Positions 47,619 to 57,608 are shown, numbered from the stretch's first letter. The stretch: 64,000 bases of DNA from an uncultured Planctomycetota bacterium (GCA_963752285.1 CAVVXN010000001.1:352001-416000); one strand, 5' to 3'. Program-made: numbers and translations. The notes: a model not told the origin generated them from the sequence alone.

Positions 47619-48368
47619 ATGAGGGCTTCGGTCCAGATCCTCACGACCGTCCTGCTCGTCGCGGCGGGCCTCTTGGTCTACGACGCGCTCGGTCCCCGGC
47701 GGGACGTCGTGCCCGCGGGCGGAGCGTCGCCCGTGCGGTCGGACGTCGAGCGCTCCGCGCCGGACGGCGCGGCCGCCGACGCGGCGCCCGCGCCGTTTCC
47801 CCTCTTGGTGGGCACCGGCGACGAGGTGTGGCGCGCCGACGTCGAGCGCCGGCTCGCGGCGTTGGAGTCGAGGACCACGGCGGGCACGGCGGCTGCAGAG
47901 GATGCGACGCCGCCCGCGCCCGGGACCGTCGGCGACGCCGTGGACGAAACGGCACAGGCCACGGGCTCCGACGCCCCGTCGGGCGGGACGAGGGCGAGTC
48001 CCGCGCGCCCGGCCGTCTCGCCGGAGCAGGTCCGGCGCTTCCGCACCCTGCTCGAGGCCGTCGAGCGCCAGCGACGACTCGAACGCGCGGTCAAGGAGAT
48101 CGGGGCGTTCCTCGACCAGACCGGCGCGAAGCTCACGGACGGCGAGCGGCGCGCGGTCATCGCGACCGCGGTGCGCTACCAAGCGCGGTGGCGGGACGAG
48201 CAGGGCCAGCTGAAGGGCGAGGGGCACACCGACGCGGAGCGGAAGGCGGCATCCGCCTCGCTCTTGGCCGAATTCGAGGGCGCTCTCCGCGACGAGGTGC
48301 CCGCGGCCGAGGCCGACCTGATCGTCCAGGCCGTGCAGCGCGTGTCGGCCGGCAACAAGAGCCGCTGA
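47619..48368 (+). CDS. Hypothetical membrane-anchored helical protein
   Basis: GGAGG SD; N-terminal TM, Ala/Pro linker, coiled-coil C-terminus. Confidence 0.7.
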   Translation: MRASVQILTTVLLVAAGLLVYDALGPRRDVVPAGGASPVRSDVERSAPDGAAADAAPAPFPLLVGTGDEVWRADVERRLAALESRTTAGTAAAEDATPPAPGTVGDAVDETAQATGSDAPSGGTRASPARPAVSPEQVRRFRTLLEAVERQRRLERAVKEIGAFLDQTGAKLTDGERRAVIATAVRYQARWRDEQGQLKGEGHTDAERKAASASLLAEFEGALRDEVPAAEADLIVQAVQRVSAGNKSR

Positions 48369-48378
48369 CCGACCGAGG

Positions 48379-49785
48379 TCAGGGCTTCTCGATGCGGTAG
48401 ATGCCGGTGAAGGTGGAGACGAACATCGTGCCGTCCGCCGCGAAGTCGAGGTCGAGGGGCTTGTTGTCGAACATCGACGGGTGGAAGCTCGCGAAGTCCT
48501 GGACCTCGTCCACGTCGAGGTAGGCCACGCCCGAGAGCAGGAAGCGGCGGATCGCCTCGTCGTCGTACGAGGAGAGGAACAGGTTGTTCGCATACGTCGC
48601 GCCCCAGCCGGCGCCCGTGTGCCAGGCGATCGAGGTCGGCGCGATCACGTTCACCCACGTCTCTACGGCGATGCCCACGTCGCCGGGGGGGAGGCCCACG
48701 GGATACCCGCCCCACCCGAAGTTCTTGCCCTTGTTCAGGAAGTCGAGGTGGTCGTTCGCGTCGGGTCCGTTGTCGGCGCCCCAGAGGTCGCCCGTGGTCG
48801 GCTGGATCGCCGTGCCGTAGGTGTTGCGAAGGCCGAGGCACCACGTCGGGTCTCCCGCCCACGGGTTGTCCGCGGGCACGAGCCCGTCCTCCGTGTACCG
48901 GAGGATCCGCCCCGCCAGGCCGCCGACCTCCTGGCTCCTCGCCTCGTCGTCCACGTCGCCGACGCTGATGAAGAGGTGGGGGGGCGAGGCGAGGTCGAAC
49001 CGGATGTCGCCGCCGTTGCCGAGCTGGCCGATGGGCAGCGGGTCCACGATCGTGGTCTCGTTCGTCCCCTGCCACGTTCCGGGCGAGGTCTCGACCGAGG
49101 TCCACCGCACCACGGTCTGGTGGTCCGGGTCCATGCCCGTGCCCGGGACGCACGCCATCGCGTACACCCAGCCGTTCGACGCGAACTCGGGGTGGATCGC
49201 CAGGCCGAGGAGCCCCCGGTAGTTCCCCGTGAGCACGTCGAGGTGCGCGAACGGCGTGGCCTGGAGGGTGCCGTCGGCGCGGATCACGCGCACGTCGCCC
49301 GTCTCGAGCTCGTCGAAGAGGATGCGGCCGTCCGGCGCGAGCGCGAACCGGTTGGGGATCGCGAGACCGTCGAGGACCACCCGCGCCGTGAAGCCCGGCG
49401 CCAGCGTGGCGAGCACACCGACCCCGATCGAGAGGTCGGCCGTCGTCGAGCCGCCCGCGTTGCTCGCGGTCACGTGGTAGGTCGTGAGCGGCGCGAGCGT
49501 CTTCCCGGTCGCCCCCGCGATCTCGCCGGTCGCGGGGTCGAGCGCGAGCCCGGTCGGCAGCGCCGGCGAGACGGAGAACCCCGTGGGGTCGCCACCGGAC
49601 CACGTCGGTGTCTGCGACGCGAGGTTGCCGTCGGTGGGGACCCAGAGCAGCGTCGCCGGGTACGCGAGGCGCGTCGGCGCGGGAGGTCCCCCGCCGGGGC
49701 CCGGCCCGCCGCCGGAGCTTCCGCCGCACGCGGCGAGGAGACAGAGGAAGGGGAGGAGGTGTCGGGCGAGGAACGCGGTCTGCAT
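48379..49785 (-). CDS. Lipoprotein: putative Ig (He_PIG-like) domain plus glucose/sorbosone dehydrogenase-like (GSDH) propeller
   Basis: LAAC-GG lipobox; LPTGLALDPATGEIAG; GLLGLAIHPEF, GRILR, DNPW, GLRN, NFGW. Confidence 0.85.
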   Translation of the reverse strand: MQTAFLARHLLPFLCLLAACGGSSGGGPGPGGGPPAPTRLAYPATLLWVPTDGNLASQTPTWSGGDPTGFSVSPALPTGLALDPATGEIAGATGKTLAPLTTYHVTASNAGGSTTADLSIGVGVLATLAPGFTARVVLDGLAIPNRFALAPDGRILFDELETGDVRVIRADGTLQATPFAHLDVLTGNYRGLLGLAIHPEFASNGWVYAMACVPGTGMDPDHQTVVRWTSVETSPGTWQGTNETTIVDPLPIGQLGNGGDIRFDLASPPHLFISVGDVDDEARSQEVGGLAGRILRYTEDGLVPADNPWAGDPTWCLGLRNTYGTAIQPTTGDLWGADNGPDANDHLDFLNKGKNFGWGGYPVGLPPGDVGIAVETWVNVIAPTSIAWHTGAGWGATYANNLFLSSYDDEAIRRFLLSGVAYLDVDEVQDFASFHPSMFDNKPLDLDFAADGTMFVSTFTGIYRIEKP

Positions 49786-49799
49786 GGAGGATCCGGGTC

Positions 49800-51122
49800 T
49801 CAGAGGAATCCGAGCGTCGTGGAGGTCGGCTGCGGCTCGGGAAACACCGGGCCCGGGTCGACGCCGAGGTGCGTCGAGAGGACCTCCCGGTACACGTCGC
49901 GGAAGTCCACCTCGTAGCCCAGGAACTCCTGGAGCAGGTCGGACTGGGTGATGTCGTTGCCGTAGCGGCCGCCCTTCACGCCGCCGCCGAGCACGAGGAA
50001 CGTGAGCCCGTGCCCGTGGTCGCTGCCGCCGGAGGCGTTCTGGTAGTTCCGCCGTCCGAACTCCGACATGACCACGACGACCGCGCGGTCCCAGACGCCC
50101 ATGTCCTTCAGGTCCTCCGAGAACGCGCCGAGCGCGGCGTCGAGGCGCGAGAGGAGCGTCGCCTGGGTTCCCGTGTCGGCGCCTTGGAGCGCGTGGGTGT
50201 CGAAGCCGCCGAAGCCCGTGAAGAAGAGCTTCGTGTCGAACCCGTACTGGACGAGCGTGGCGACGTCGCGCAGGTACCGCGCGATCGGCTGCGGGTTCAC
50301 GCCGCCGTAGTCGACGTTGCTCTGATACGACGAGACCGCGGCCTGGATCTGGTCCGCGAGGTCCAGCCCCTGCGCCATCGCGTCCGCGATGTCTTCCTCG
50401 AGGCCGCCGGTGGGTGCCGAGACGAGCGCCGCCTTCACCGTGTCGAGGCGGTGGATCTGGCCGTTCGGGTACGCCCCGTCCGTCTCGTAGCGGAAGGTCG
50501 CGAGCGAGTCGGCCTGGAGCGGCGTCGTGGAGCCGCCGAGGAAGTCGAGCGGCCGCCCGACGCCGATGCTCACGGCGCCGAGCGAGGTGGGGGCGTAGCG
50601 CTCGGCGAACCGCGCGATCCAGCCGCTCTCGTCGAGGCCGAGCGGCGCGAAGCCGTCGCGGACGCCGTACGAGTAGATGTCCTGGCTCGTGAAGTGCGAG
50701 AGGTTGGCCTCCGGGTAGCCCACCTTCGTCACGAACAGGAGGTCGCCCGCGTTCCACATCGCCTGGAGGTTCACGAGGGACGGGTGGAGACCGTACTGGG
50801 TCGTCGGAGCGGGTCCGCCGGTCAGCGGGAGCTCGACGCCCGGCGGGATCGCGATCGACCCGACCTGGCCCACGTTCCGCCGGTCGTAGTACGCCTGGAC
50901 CCCGATCGGGATCACGGCGTTCAGCGTGTCGTGACCGCCGTAGCAGTTCACGACGACGAAGAAGTCGTTTCCGGTCGGCGCGCCGTACGCGGTGCCGAGC
51001 AGGCCCTTCCCGAGCGGCCCGAGACACGCGAGGCCCATGCCGGCCGTCGCGTACCGGAGGATGTCGCGTCGCGTCGCGCCGCGCCGGAGGAGGGACTCGT
51101 TCTCACGGTTCTTCTGGCTCAT
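49800..51122 (-). CDS. DUF1501 family protein, Tat-exported (copy 2)
   Basis: TRRDIL Tat motif; GGHD, SHF, GGFDTH, SEFGR, GSDHG. Confidence 0.92.
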   Translation of the reverse strand: MSQKNRENESLLRRGATRRDILRYATAGMGLACLGPLGKGLLGTAYGAPTGNDFFVVVNCYGGHDTLNAVIPIGVQAYYDRRNVGQVGSIAIPPGVELPLTGGPAPTTQYGLHPSLVNLQAMWNAGDLLFVTKVGYPEANLSHFTSQDIYSYGVRDGFAPLGLDESGWIARFAERYAPTSLGAVSIGVGRPLDFLGGSTTPLQADSLATFRYETDGAYPNGQIHRLDTVKAALVSAPTGGLEEDIADAMAQGLDLADQIQAAVSSYQSNVDYGGVNPQPIARYLRDVATLVQYGFDTKLFFTGFGGFDTHALQGADTGTQATLLSRLDAALGAFSEDLKDMGVWDRAVVVVMSEFGRRNYQNASGGSDHGHGLTFLVLGGGVKGGRYGNDITQSDLLQEFLGYEVDFRDVYREVLSTHLGVDPGPVFPEPQPTSTTLGFL

Positions 51123-51132
51123 CGTCCGCCTC

Positions 51133-52944
51133 CTATCGGAGCTCGAAGCCCGGGTTCTGCCCGAGGACGTAGAGGAGACCCCGGACGCGGTCGTCCACGT
51201 GGGTGGGGTTCGTCGGGTCGAACGGGCTCGGCACGATCGTGCCGTCGGCGAGGCGGTCGGTGTCGAGGTACTCCACGTAGAGGTCGTGTTGCTCGGGCGT
51301 CGGGGTGACGCCGAGCCGCTGCGCCAGGGCGTCCACGACCTCGGCGGAGGTCGGGGTCCCGGGCGGGAGCAGCGTGGCGACGTCGATGCCGAGCGTCTGC
51401 TGGAGGCTCCGGTTCACGATGCAGGTGCGCAGGAGGTTCGCGCGGTCCACCATGCCCTGCGCCGAGAGCCACTGGGGGCCTCCCGGCCAGCCGTTCACGT
51501 TGGGTGGCCGCGTCGGGACCTGGCCGAGACGGTCGAGTCGGTACTCGAGCTGGTCGAGGGGCATCACGAGGCCGGTCGAGTTGATGAACCCGACGGCCAT
51601 CTCGGTCGGGCCCTTCACGAGCCCCGCCTTCCCCTCGGGCGAGTAGAAGGCCTCGGAGAGGAAGAGGGCACGGAGCGCGGGGGCGAGCTCCCAGCCGCCG
51701 TCCTTCAGCACCTTCGCGAGCTGGTCCACGAGCTCGGGCGCCGGGGCGTCCATGCAGAAGTAGCGCAGCAGCGACAGCGCGATCCACCCGGCGACGTCGC
51801 GCTGGGAGAGGGTCAGGTCCACCACCGCCGCGTAGTCGTCCGTCGTGTTCTGACCGGGAATCGTCACCCCGAAGACGGTCTTGTCGCCGGGATCGTGACG
51901 GCTCGTGTCGAACGCCACGTCGAGCAGGCCCGTGTTCGCGTCTACGACGACCGTGCGGTAGCCCGTGAACGCCTTCGACGTCTGCACGATGTCGTCCTGG
52001 GTGTACCCGTTGTCCACGCCCAGCGCGAACAGCTCGTAGAACTCGCGGCCGTAGTTCTCGTTGGGCGCGCGCTTCGTGTTCTCGAGCCCGTTGAGCCACA
52101 TCAGCATCGCCCGGTCCCGGGAGACGGCGATCAGCAGGTCGCGGAGGTTTCCCGCGCCCGAGCCCCGGAGCAGGTCCACATGGTCCTTCATCCACCATGT
52201 GCTGCCGTTGGCGAGTACGTCCGAGGACGTGGCGAAGTGGTCGTGCCAGAAGAACCCGAGCACCTCCTGGAAGGTGTCCGGGTTCGTGAGCATGAGGTAG
52301 AGCCACCACTGGGAGAGCTGCCGGAGCGTCGGGAACTTGCCCTCCTCCCCGGGCGGGTCGGTGGGCCTGGCGAGGAGCGCGGCCGCCTGCTGCTCCTGTG
52401 GCGTGCTGCCGACGGCGGGGAAGGCGAGCATCGCGTCCACGTACGCGGGGAGGCCCGCGCCGACGAGCGCGTCGTAGCTCGCCTGCCGGACGCCCCAGTG
52501 CGTACGGCGGAGGAAGTGCCGGAGGTCGGCGTCCGTCAGGCCCTCCGCGGGCGCGAGCGACTTCGCGACGGGGTATCGCACCTCGACCCGCACGACCGCC
52601 TGCGCCTGCCCGGACGCGTTCGCGCCCGTGACCACGTAGTCCTTCGGGGGCGCGGCCGACGTCGGGGCGCCAAAGAGCGTGCCCGACGTCGGATCGACGA
52701 CGAGACCGGTCGGGAGTGGGGGCGCGACCGAGTACGAGGTCGGCGCGCCGCCCGTGAAGCTCGGCGTGTCGGCCGTCACGACGTCGCCGATCCGGTAGCG
52801 CACGTCGGGCTCGGCGTACGCCAGGCTCGCGGGCGGCGTTCCCGGGACCGAGGTCGTGCCGCCGCCTCCGCCTCCGCAGGCGGCGAGCAGGAGCAACGGG
52901 AAGAGGGCGGCGCGGCCTCGCGGCACGGGCGGTCGAACGGGCAT
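51133..52944 (-). CDS. DUF1800 family lipoprotein with a putative Ig domain (copy 2)
   Basis: GGAGG before ATG 52944; LAAC-GGGG; LPTGLVVDPTSGTLFG; FWHDHFATS, PNENYGRE.ELF.LG, PPNVNGW. Confidence 0.9.
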   Translation of the reverse strand: MPVRPPVPRGRAALFPLLLLAACGGGGGGTTSVPGTPPASLAYAEPDVRYRIGDVVTADTPSFTGGAPTSYSVAPPLPTGLVVDPTSGTLFGAPTSAAPPKDYVVTGANASGQAQAVVRVEVRYPVAKSLAPAEGLTDADLRHFLRRTHWGVRQASYDALVGAGLPAYVDAMLAFPAVGSTPQEQQAAALLARPTDPPGEEGKFPTLRQLSQWWLYLMLTNPDTFQEVLGFFWHDHFATSSDVLANGSTWWMKDHVDLLRGSGAGNLRDLLIAVSRDRAMLMWLNGLENTKRAPNENYGREFYELFALGVDNGYTQDDIVQTSKAFTGYRTVVVDANTGLLDVAFDTSRHDPGDKTVFGVTIPGQNTTDDYAAVVDLTLSQRDVAGWIALSLLRYFCMDAPAPELVDQLAKVLKDGGWELAPALRALFLSEAFYSPEGKAGLVKGPTEMAVGFINSTGLVMPLDQLEYRLDRLGQVPTRPPNVNGWPGGPQWLSAQGMVDRANLLRTCIVNRSLQQTLGIDVATLLPPGTPTSAEVVDALAQRLGVTPTPEQHDLYVEYLDTDRLADGTIVPSPFDPTNPTHVDDRVRGLLYVLGQNPGFELR

Positions 52945-53180
52945 TTCGTCCCTCCGCGGTACGCCCCGGTCGGTTCCGGGGCGTTCGTTGGTACCCGCGG
53001 GAGGGAGATGGGTTTCGACCGGACCTCGCCCGCGGCCCCCAGATCCTCCGTGTGCCGTCCGAGCCGCCGGGCCCGGTCGCGTCGCCCTTGCCCGGGCGCC
53101 ACTCTGCCACGCGACGAGGGACCCGGTCCGGGAACTGGGCCCAAGGTCCCGCCTCGCCGGCGCGGTCCCGCCGGCGGGCA

Positions 53181-54491
53181 TCAGCCCACCACGTGGACCG
53201 GCGTCACGACGGGCTGGGGCTCGGGGAAGACGGGCGCGGGATCTACGCCCAGGTGCTCGCCGAGCAGCGAGCGGTACACGTCGCGGAAGTCCACGGCGTA
53301 GTCCAGGTACTCGAGGTCGAGGTCCGCGTCCGTGAGCTCGGGCCCGTACGCGCCGCCGCGGACGGCGCCGCCGGCGAGCAGGAACACGTTGCCGTGGCCG
53401 TGGTCGGTGCCGCCGGACGCGTTGATGTACGTGCGCCGGCCGAACTCCGAGATCACCACGATCGCCGTACGGTCCCACACGCCCATGGCGCGGAGGTCCG
53501 TGGCCAGGCCGCCGATGCCGCCGTCGAGCCACGAGAAGAGGTTCGCCTGCGTCCCCGTCGTCGTGCCCTGGTTGCCGTGCGTGTCGAAGCCGCCGTATCC
53601 CGTGTAGAAGATCCGCGTCTCGAACCCGAAGTTCACGAGCGTCGCGATGTCGCGGAGGTTCCGCTGGATCGTGCGGAGCGTGCCGGTCCCGCCCGTGTAG
53701 TCGGCCGTGCTCCCGAGCGCCGCGTACGCGTCCACGGCCGCGGCGACCTGGTCCGCGAGCGCGTAGCCCTGCGCCAGCGCGTCCGCCGCGTCGCCCGCCG
53801 GGCCCGTCCGCGGGTACCGGTCGAGCATGCTCCGGAGCATCTCGACGCGGCGGACGTGGTCGTTTCGGTACGCGCCGTCCGTCTTGTAGGCGAAGCTCGA
53901 CAGACGGTCCACGAGGAACGAGTCGGTGTGGCCGCCGACGAAGTCGCGGCGCCGGCCCACGCCCACGCTGGCCGCGCCCATGGGCGTCGGCGCGTACAGG
54001 TCGGCGAAGCGAGCCACCCACCCGCTCGGCGAGAGCCCGAGCGGCGCGAAGGAGCCGCGCACGCCGTACGAGTAGATGTCCTCGCTCGTGAAGTGGGAGA
54101 GGTTCGCGTTGGGGTAGCCCACCTTCTCCACGAAGGCCGCCTCGCCCTGGTCCCAGAGCGCGGCGAGGTTCGAGAAGGACGGGTGGAGGCGGTACGTCGT
54201 GGTGGGCGCCGGCCCGCCGCCGAGCGCCAGCGCGTCCGTCTCGGCGATCGCGAGCGTCTCGCGGCGGTCGTAGTACCGCGTGAGCGAGGTCGGGATCACC
54301 ATGTTGAGCCCGTCGTTCCCCCCGAGCAGGTTCACGACGATCAGGATCGGGTCGGCGCTGGGCGCGCCCGTCGCTTCGGGCATCCACCGCGCTCCGAGGG
54401 GCCCGAGGGCCGCCAGGCCGAGGCCGGCGCCGGCGAAGGCGAGGACGTCGCGACGGCTGAGATCGCCGCGCTTTCCGTGCGAGGTGGTCAT
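53181..54491 (-). CDS. DUF1501 family protein, Tat-exported (copy 1)
   Basis: SRRDVL Tat motif; GGNDGLN, SHF, GGFDTH, SEFGR, GTDHG. Confidence 0.92.
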   Translation of the reverse strand: MTTSHGKRGDLSRRDVLAFAGAGLGLAALGPLGARWMPEATGAPSADPILIVVNLLGGNDGLNMVIPTSLTRYYDRRETLAIAETDALALGGGPAPTTTYRLHPSFSNLAALWDQGEAAFVEKVGYPNANLSHFTSEDIYSYGVRGSFAPLGLSPSGWVARFADLYAPTPMGAASVGVGRRRDFVGGHTDSFLVDRLSSFAYKTDGAYRNDHVRRVEMLRSMLDRYPRTGPAGDAADALAQGYALADQVAAAVDAYAALGSTADYTGGTGTLRTIQRNLRDIATLVNFGFETRIFYTGYGGFDTHGNQGTTTGTQANLFSWLDGGIGGLATDLRAMGVWDRTAIVVISEFGRRTYINASGGTDHGHGNVFLLAGGAVRGGAYGPELTDADLDLEYLDYAVDFRDVYRSLLGEHLGVDPAPVFPEPQPVVTPVHVVG

Positions 54492-54524
54492 CTGGGAGCT
54501 TCCCTTCTTCGGTCGAACCCGCGT

Positions 54525-56105
54525 TCAGCGGAGCATGTAGGTGGGGTGCTGGGCGAGCATGTAGAGGAGACCCCGGACCCGCTCGTCCACGTGCTGGGGG
54601 TTCGTGGCGTCGAACGGGTCGTCCGTGTCGGTGCCGTCGGACTCGCGGTGGGTGTCGAGGTACCGGACGAGGTCGGCCCGGTCGGCGGAGGTCAACGTGA
54701 CCTGGAGGACCCGCGCGAGGCGGTCCACGACCTCGCCGGCCGTGGGCGTGCCCGGCGGCAGGAGCGTCGCCACGTCGTAGCCCGCGGCGGCCTGGTCCTG
54801 GCGGTCCACGATCACGTCCCGCACGAAGTTGGCGCGGTTGACCATGCCCTGGGCCGAGAGCCACAGCGCGCCGTTCGGCCAGCCGTTGACGTTCGGGGGC
54901 TGGGTCGGCACCTGGGCCATCCCCTCGAGCTCCGACCGGAAAGCACTCGCCTGCCATGCGCCGGTCGTGTGGTCCACGAGCGGGAGGTTCGTCGCACGGT
55001 TCCACCCCATGACGAACTCGACGGGGCTCTTCACGCGGCCCTGGCGGGCGCGCGGCGAGGAGAAGGCCTCCGAGAGGAACATCGCGCGGAGGGCCGGCGC
55101 GAGCTCGTAGCCGTTCGTCCGGAGGATCTGGGCGAGCTGGGACACGACGTCGTCGGGCGGATTCTCGTAGCAGAACCACGACAGCAAGGACCGCGCGAAC
55201 CATTCCGCGGCGGGGCGCTGGGCAAAGGTGAGATCGACCATGGCCTGGTAGTCGTCGGTCAGGTTCTGCCCCGGGATCGTCACGCCGAACACGGTCTTGT
55301 CGCCCGGGTCGTGGCGATTCGGGTCGAAGACGACGCCGCTCAGGCCCGTGTCCGGGTCGAGCGTGACCTGCTTGTAGCCCGTGAAGGCGCGTGCGGCCTG
55401 GACGATGTCGTCCTGCGTGTAGCCGTTGTCCACGCCGAGGCAGAACAGCTCGAGGAACTCGCGGCCGTAGTTCTCGTTGGGCGCGCGACTCGTGCTCGAG
55501 ATGCCGTCCAGCCAGCGGAGCATCGCCCAGTCCCGCGACACGTCCAGGACCAGCTGCTTCAGGTTGCCCGCACCCTCGGCGCGCAGGAGGTCCAGGTGGG
55601 TCTTCATCCACCAGAGGTTGCCGCCCTCCAGGACGTCGGACGACGTGGCGAAGTGGTCGTGCCAGAAGAAGGCGAGGACCTCCTGGAAGGGGTTCTCGTC
55701 GTGCGCCATCAGGTAGAGGGCCCACTGCGAGAGGTCCTGGGTGCTCGGGAACTGGCCCTCCTCGCCGGGCGGGTCCTCCGCGTGGACGAGGAGCTGGCCG
55801 GCGTCCTGCTCCCACGCCGTGCTCCCGGGCGCGGGGAGCTGGAGCATGGCGTCCACGTACGCCGGGAGCCCCATCGACTGGAGTCGCGACCAGGACGAGT
55901 CGGTGTACGCCCACTCCGCTACGACGAGGAAGTGCTCGAGCTCGGCCTCCGTCCACGAGGACTTCGGCGCCATCGAGCCGTACGCGAGCGGCGGCTCCGC
56001 CGCGACGGACGACCCGCCGCCTCCGCCGCACGCCGCGAGCGGCGCGCTCGAGATCAGCAGGAGCGCGAGGATCCCTCCCCTCGACGTCGGTCGCAGTCGC
56101 GGCAT
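54525..56105 (-). CDS. DUF1800 family lipoprotein (copy 1)
   Basis: GGAGG before ATG 56105; LAAC-GGGG; FWHDHFATS, PNENYGREFLELF, PPNVNGW. Confidence 0.9.
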   Translation of the reverse strand: MPRLRPTSRGGILALLLISSAPLAACGGGGGSSVAAEPPLAYGSMAPKSSWTEAELEHFLVVAEWAYTDSSWSRLQSMGLPAYVDAMLQLPAPGSTAWEQDAGQLLVHAEDPPGEEGQFPSTQDLSQWALYLMAHDENPFQEVLAFFWHDHFATSSDVLEGGNLWWMKTHLDLLRAEGAGNLKQLVLDVSRDWAMLRWLDGISSTSRAPNENYGREFLELFCLGVDNGYTQDDIVQAARAFTGYKQVTLDPDTGLSGVVFDPNRHDPGDKTVFGVTIPGQNLTDDYQAMVDLTFAQRPAAEWFARSLLSWFCYENPPDDVVSQLAQILRTNGYELAPALRAMFLSEAFSSPRARQGRVKSPVEFVMGWNRATNLPLVDHTTGAWQASAFRSELEGMAQVPTQPPNVNGWPNGALWLSAQGMVNRANFVRDVIVDRQDQAAAGYDVATLLPPGTPTAGEVVDRLARVLQVTLTSADRADLVRYLDTHRESDGTDTDDPFDATNPQHVDERVRGLLYMLAQHPTYMLR

Positions 56106-56420
56106 GGCGGCCTCCCTCGGCCCCCCTCCGGGAGCCGCGCCTCTGGCCTCCACCCGTCCCGAATCGAGTCCCTCCCGCGGGGGGATTCGAGCCCGCATCC
56201 GGGGGAACGACCAGCGACCACCTCGCGCGTCTGAACACGTTGGCGATCCGTGGGACGCGTGCGCGGCGCAGAACGCGGCGCGGACGGACCGCGCGACGCC
56301 TGTTTGCGCGCGGTGCCGCGCGACGCCCGTTCGCGACGTGCGGACGCGCGGGCCGGTTCGGCCGCGCCGAGGGACACGAACCCGTCCGTCCCGCCGTCCG
56401 GGGACGGCGAGGCGGGTCCG

Positions 56421-57608
56421 TCAGACCACGCGCTCGACCAGCGCGGCGAGCCCGAGCCCGCCGCTGATGCAGAGCGTCGCGACGCCGAGGCGGTCGCCCC
56501 GCTCCTCCATCGCGTGGAGGAGCGTGACGAGGATCCGGCATCCGGTCGCGCCGATGGGGTGGCCGAGGGCGATCGCGCCGCCCTTCACGTTCAGGCGCTC
56601 CTCGTCGATCCCGAGCTCTCGGTTGCACGCCAGCACCTGCGCGGCGAACGCCTCGTTGAGCTCCCAGAGGTCCACGTCCTCCTTCGCGACGCCCGTCTGC
56701 TCGAGCAGCGCCCGCACGGCCGGCACCGGGCCGAGGCCCATCACCTGGGGATCGACCCCGGCCTCGGTGAACGCGCGCAGCCGCGCCATCGGCCTCACAC
56801 CGAGGCGCGCGACCGCGTCGCGGCTCAGGACGACCACCGCCGCGGCGCCGTCCGTGATGCCGCTCGAGTTGCCCGCATGGACGGTCCCGTTCTCGCGGAA
56901 GACCGGGGGCAGCTTGGCCAGGGACGCCATCGTGATGCCGTCGCGCGCGTGCTCGTCCTGGTCGAAGAGGGTCTCGTTTCCCTTGCGGTCGCGGATCGGG
57001 ATCGGCGCCTTCTCGGCGTCGAAGCCGCCGCGCTTCCGCGCGGCCTCGCACCGCTGCTGGCTTCGCGCGGCGTACGCGTCCTGCTCTTCGCGCGGGATCT
57101 GGTAGCGATCGACCAGGTTCTCGGCGGTCGCGCCCATCACCTGCTCGGCGAGCGGGCAGAAGAACCCGTCCTTGTACATGCCGTCCACGATCGCGGCGTC
57201 GCCGAGCCGGTACCCCCACCGCGCGCGCGGCAGGAGGTAGGGCGTGTTCGACATGCTCTCCATGCCGCCGGCGAGGACGACCTCGGCCTGCCCCAGCCGG
57301 ATCGCGTCGGCGCCGAGGAGGACCGACTTGAGGCCGCTCCCGCACGCCATGTTGACGCTGAACGCCGGCCGTTCCACGGGCACCCCGGCGCGGACCGAGA
57401 CCTGGCGGGCCGTCCCGGGTCCCTGTCCGCCCTGCCGGCCGTGACCGAATATGGTCTGGTCCACGTCGGCCGGGGCGATGCCCGCTCGCTCGAGCGCGGC
57501 CTTGGCGGCGTGGATGCCGAGGTCGGGCGCCGAGAGATGGGAGAGGGAGCCGCCGTAGCGGCCGATGGGCGTCCGGACGGCGCCCGCCAGGAATACGTCC
57601 TCGATCAT
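56421..57608 (-). CDS. Acetyl-CoA C-acyltransferase (thiolase)
   Basis: RTPIG, NMACGSG, NEAFA, GHPIGATG, LCISGG. Confidence 0.95.
   Translation of the reverse strand: MIEDVFLAGAVRTPIGRYGGSLSHLSAPDLGIHAAKAALERAGIAPADVDQTIFGHGRQGGQGPGTARQVSVRAGVPVERPAFSVNMACGSGLKSVLLGADAIRLGQAEVVLAGGMESMSNTPYLLPRARWGYRLGDAAIVDGMYKDGFFCPLAEQVMGATAENLVDRYQIPREEQDAYAARSQQRCEAARKRGGFDAEKAPIPIRDRKGNETLFDQDEHARDGITMASLAKLPPVFRENGTVHAGNSSGITDGAAAVVVLSRDAVARLGVRPMARLRAFTEAGVDPQVMGLGPVPAVRALLEQTGVAKEDVDLWELNEAFAAQVLACNRELGIDEERLNVKGGAIALGHPIGATGCRILVTLLHAMEERGDRLGVATLCISGGLGLAALVERVV

Noticed and set aside
41046..48593. A 2515-aa giant Omp85 fusion, and the antisense 1757-aa ORF 43127..48400
   Set aside because: Stop-poor shadow frames of tamB in high-GC DNA; the real Omp85 starts at 43055.
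51133..57345. A single 2070-aa protein
   Set aside because: Only 51133-52944 is protein-like; the rest is an off-frame reading across the DUF1501, DUF1800 and thiolase genes.
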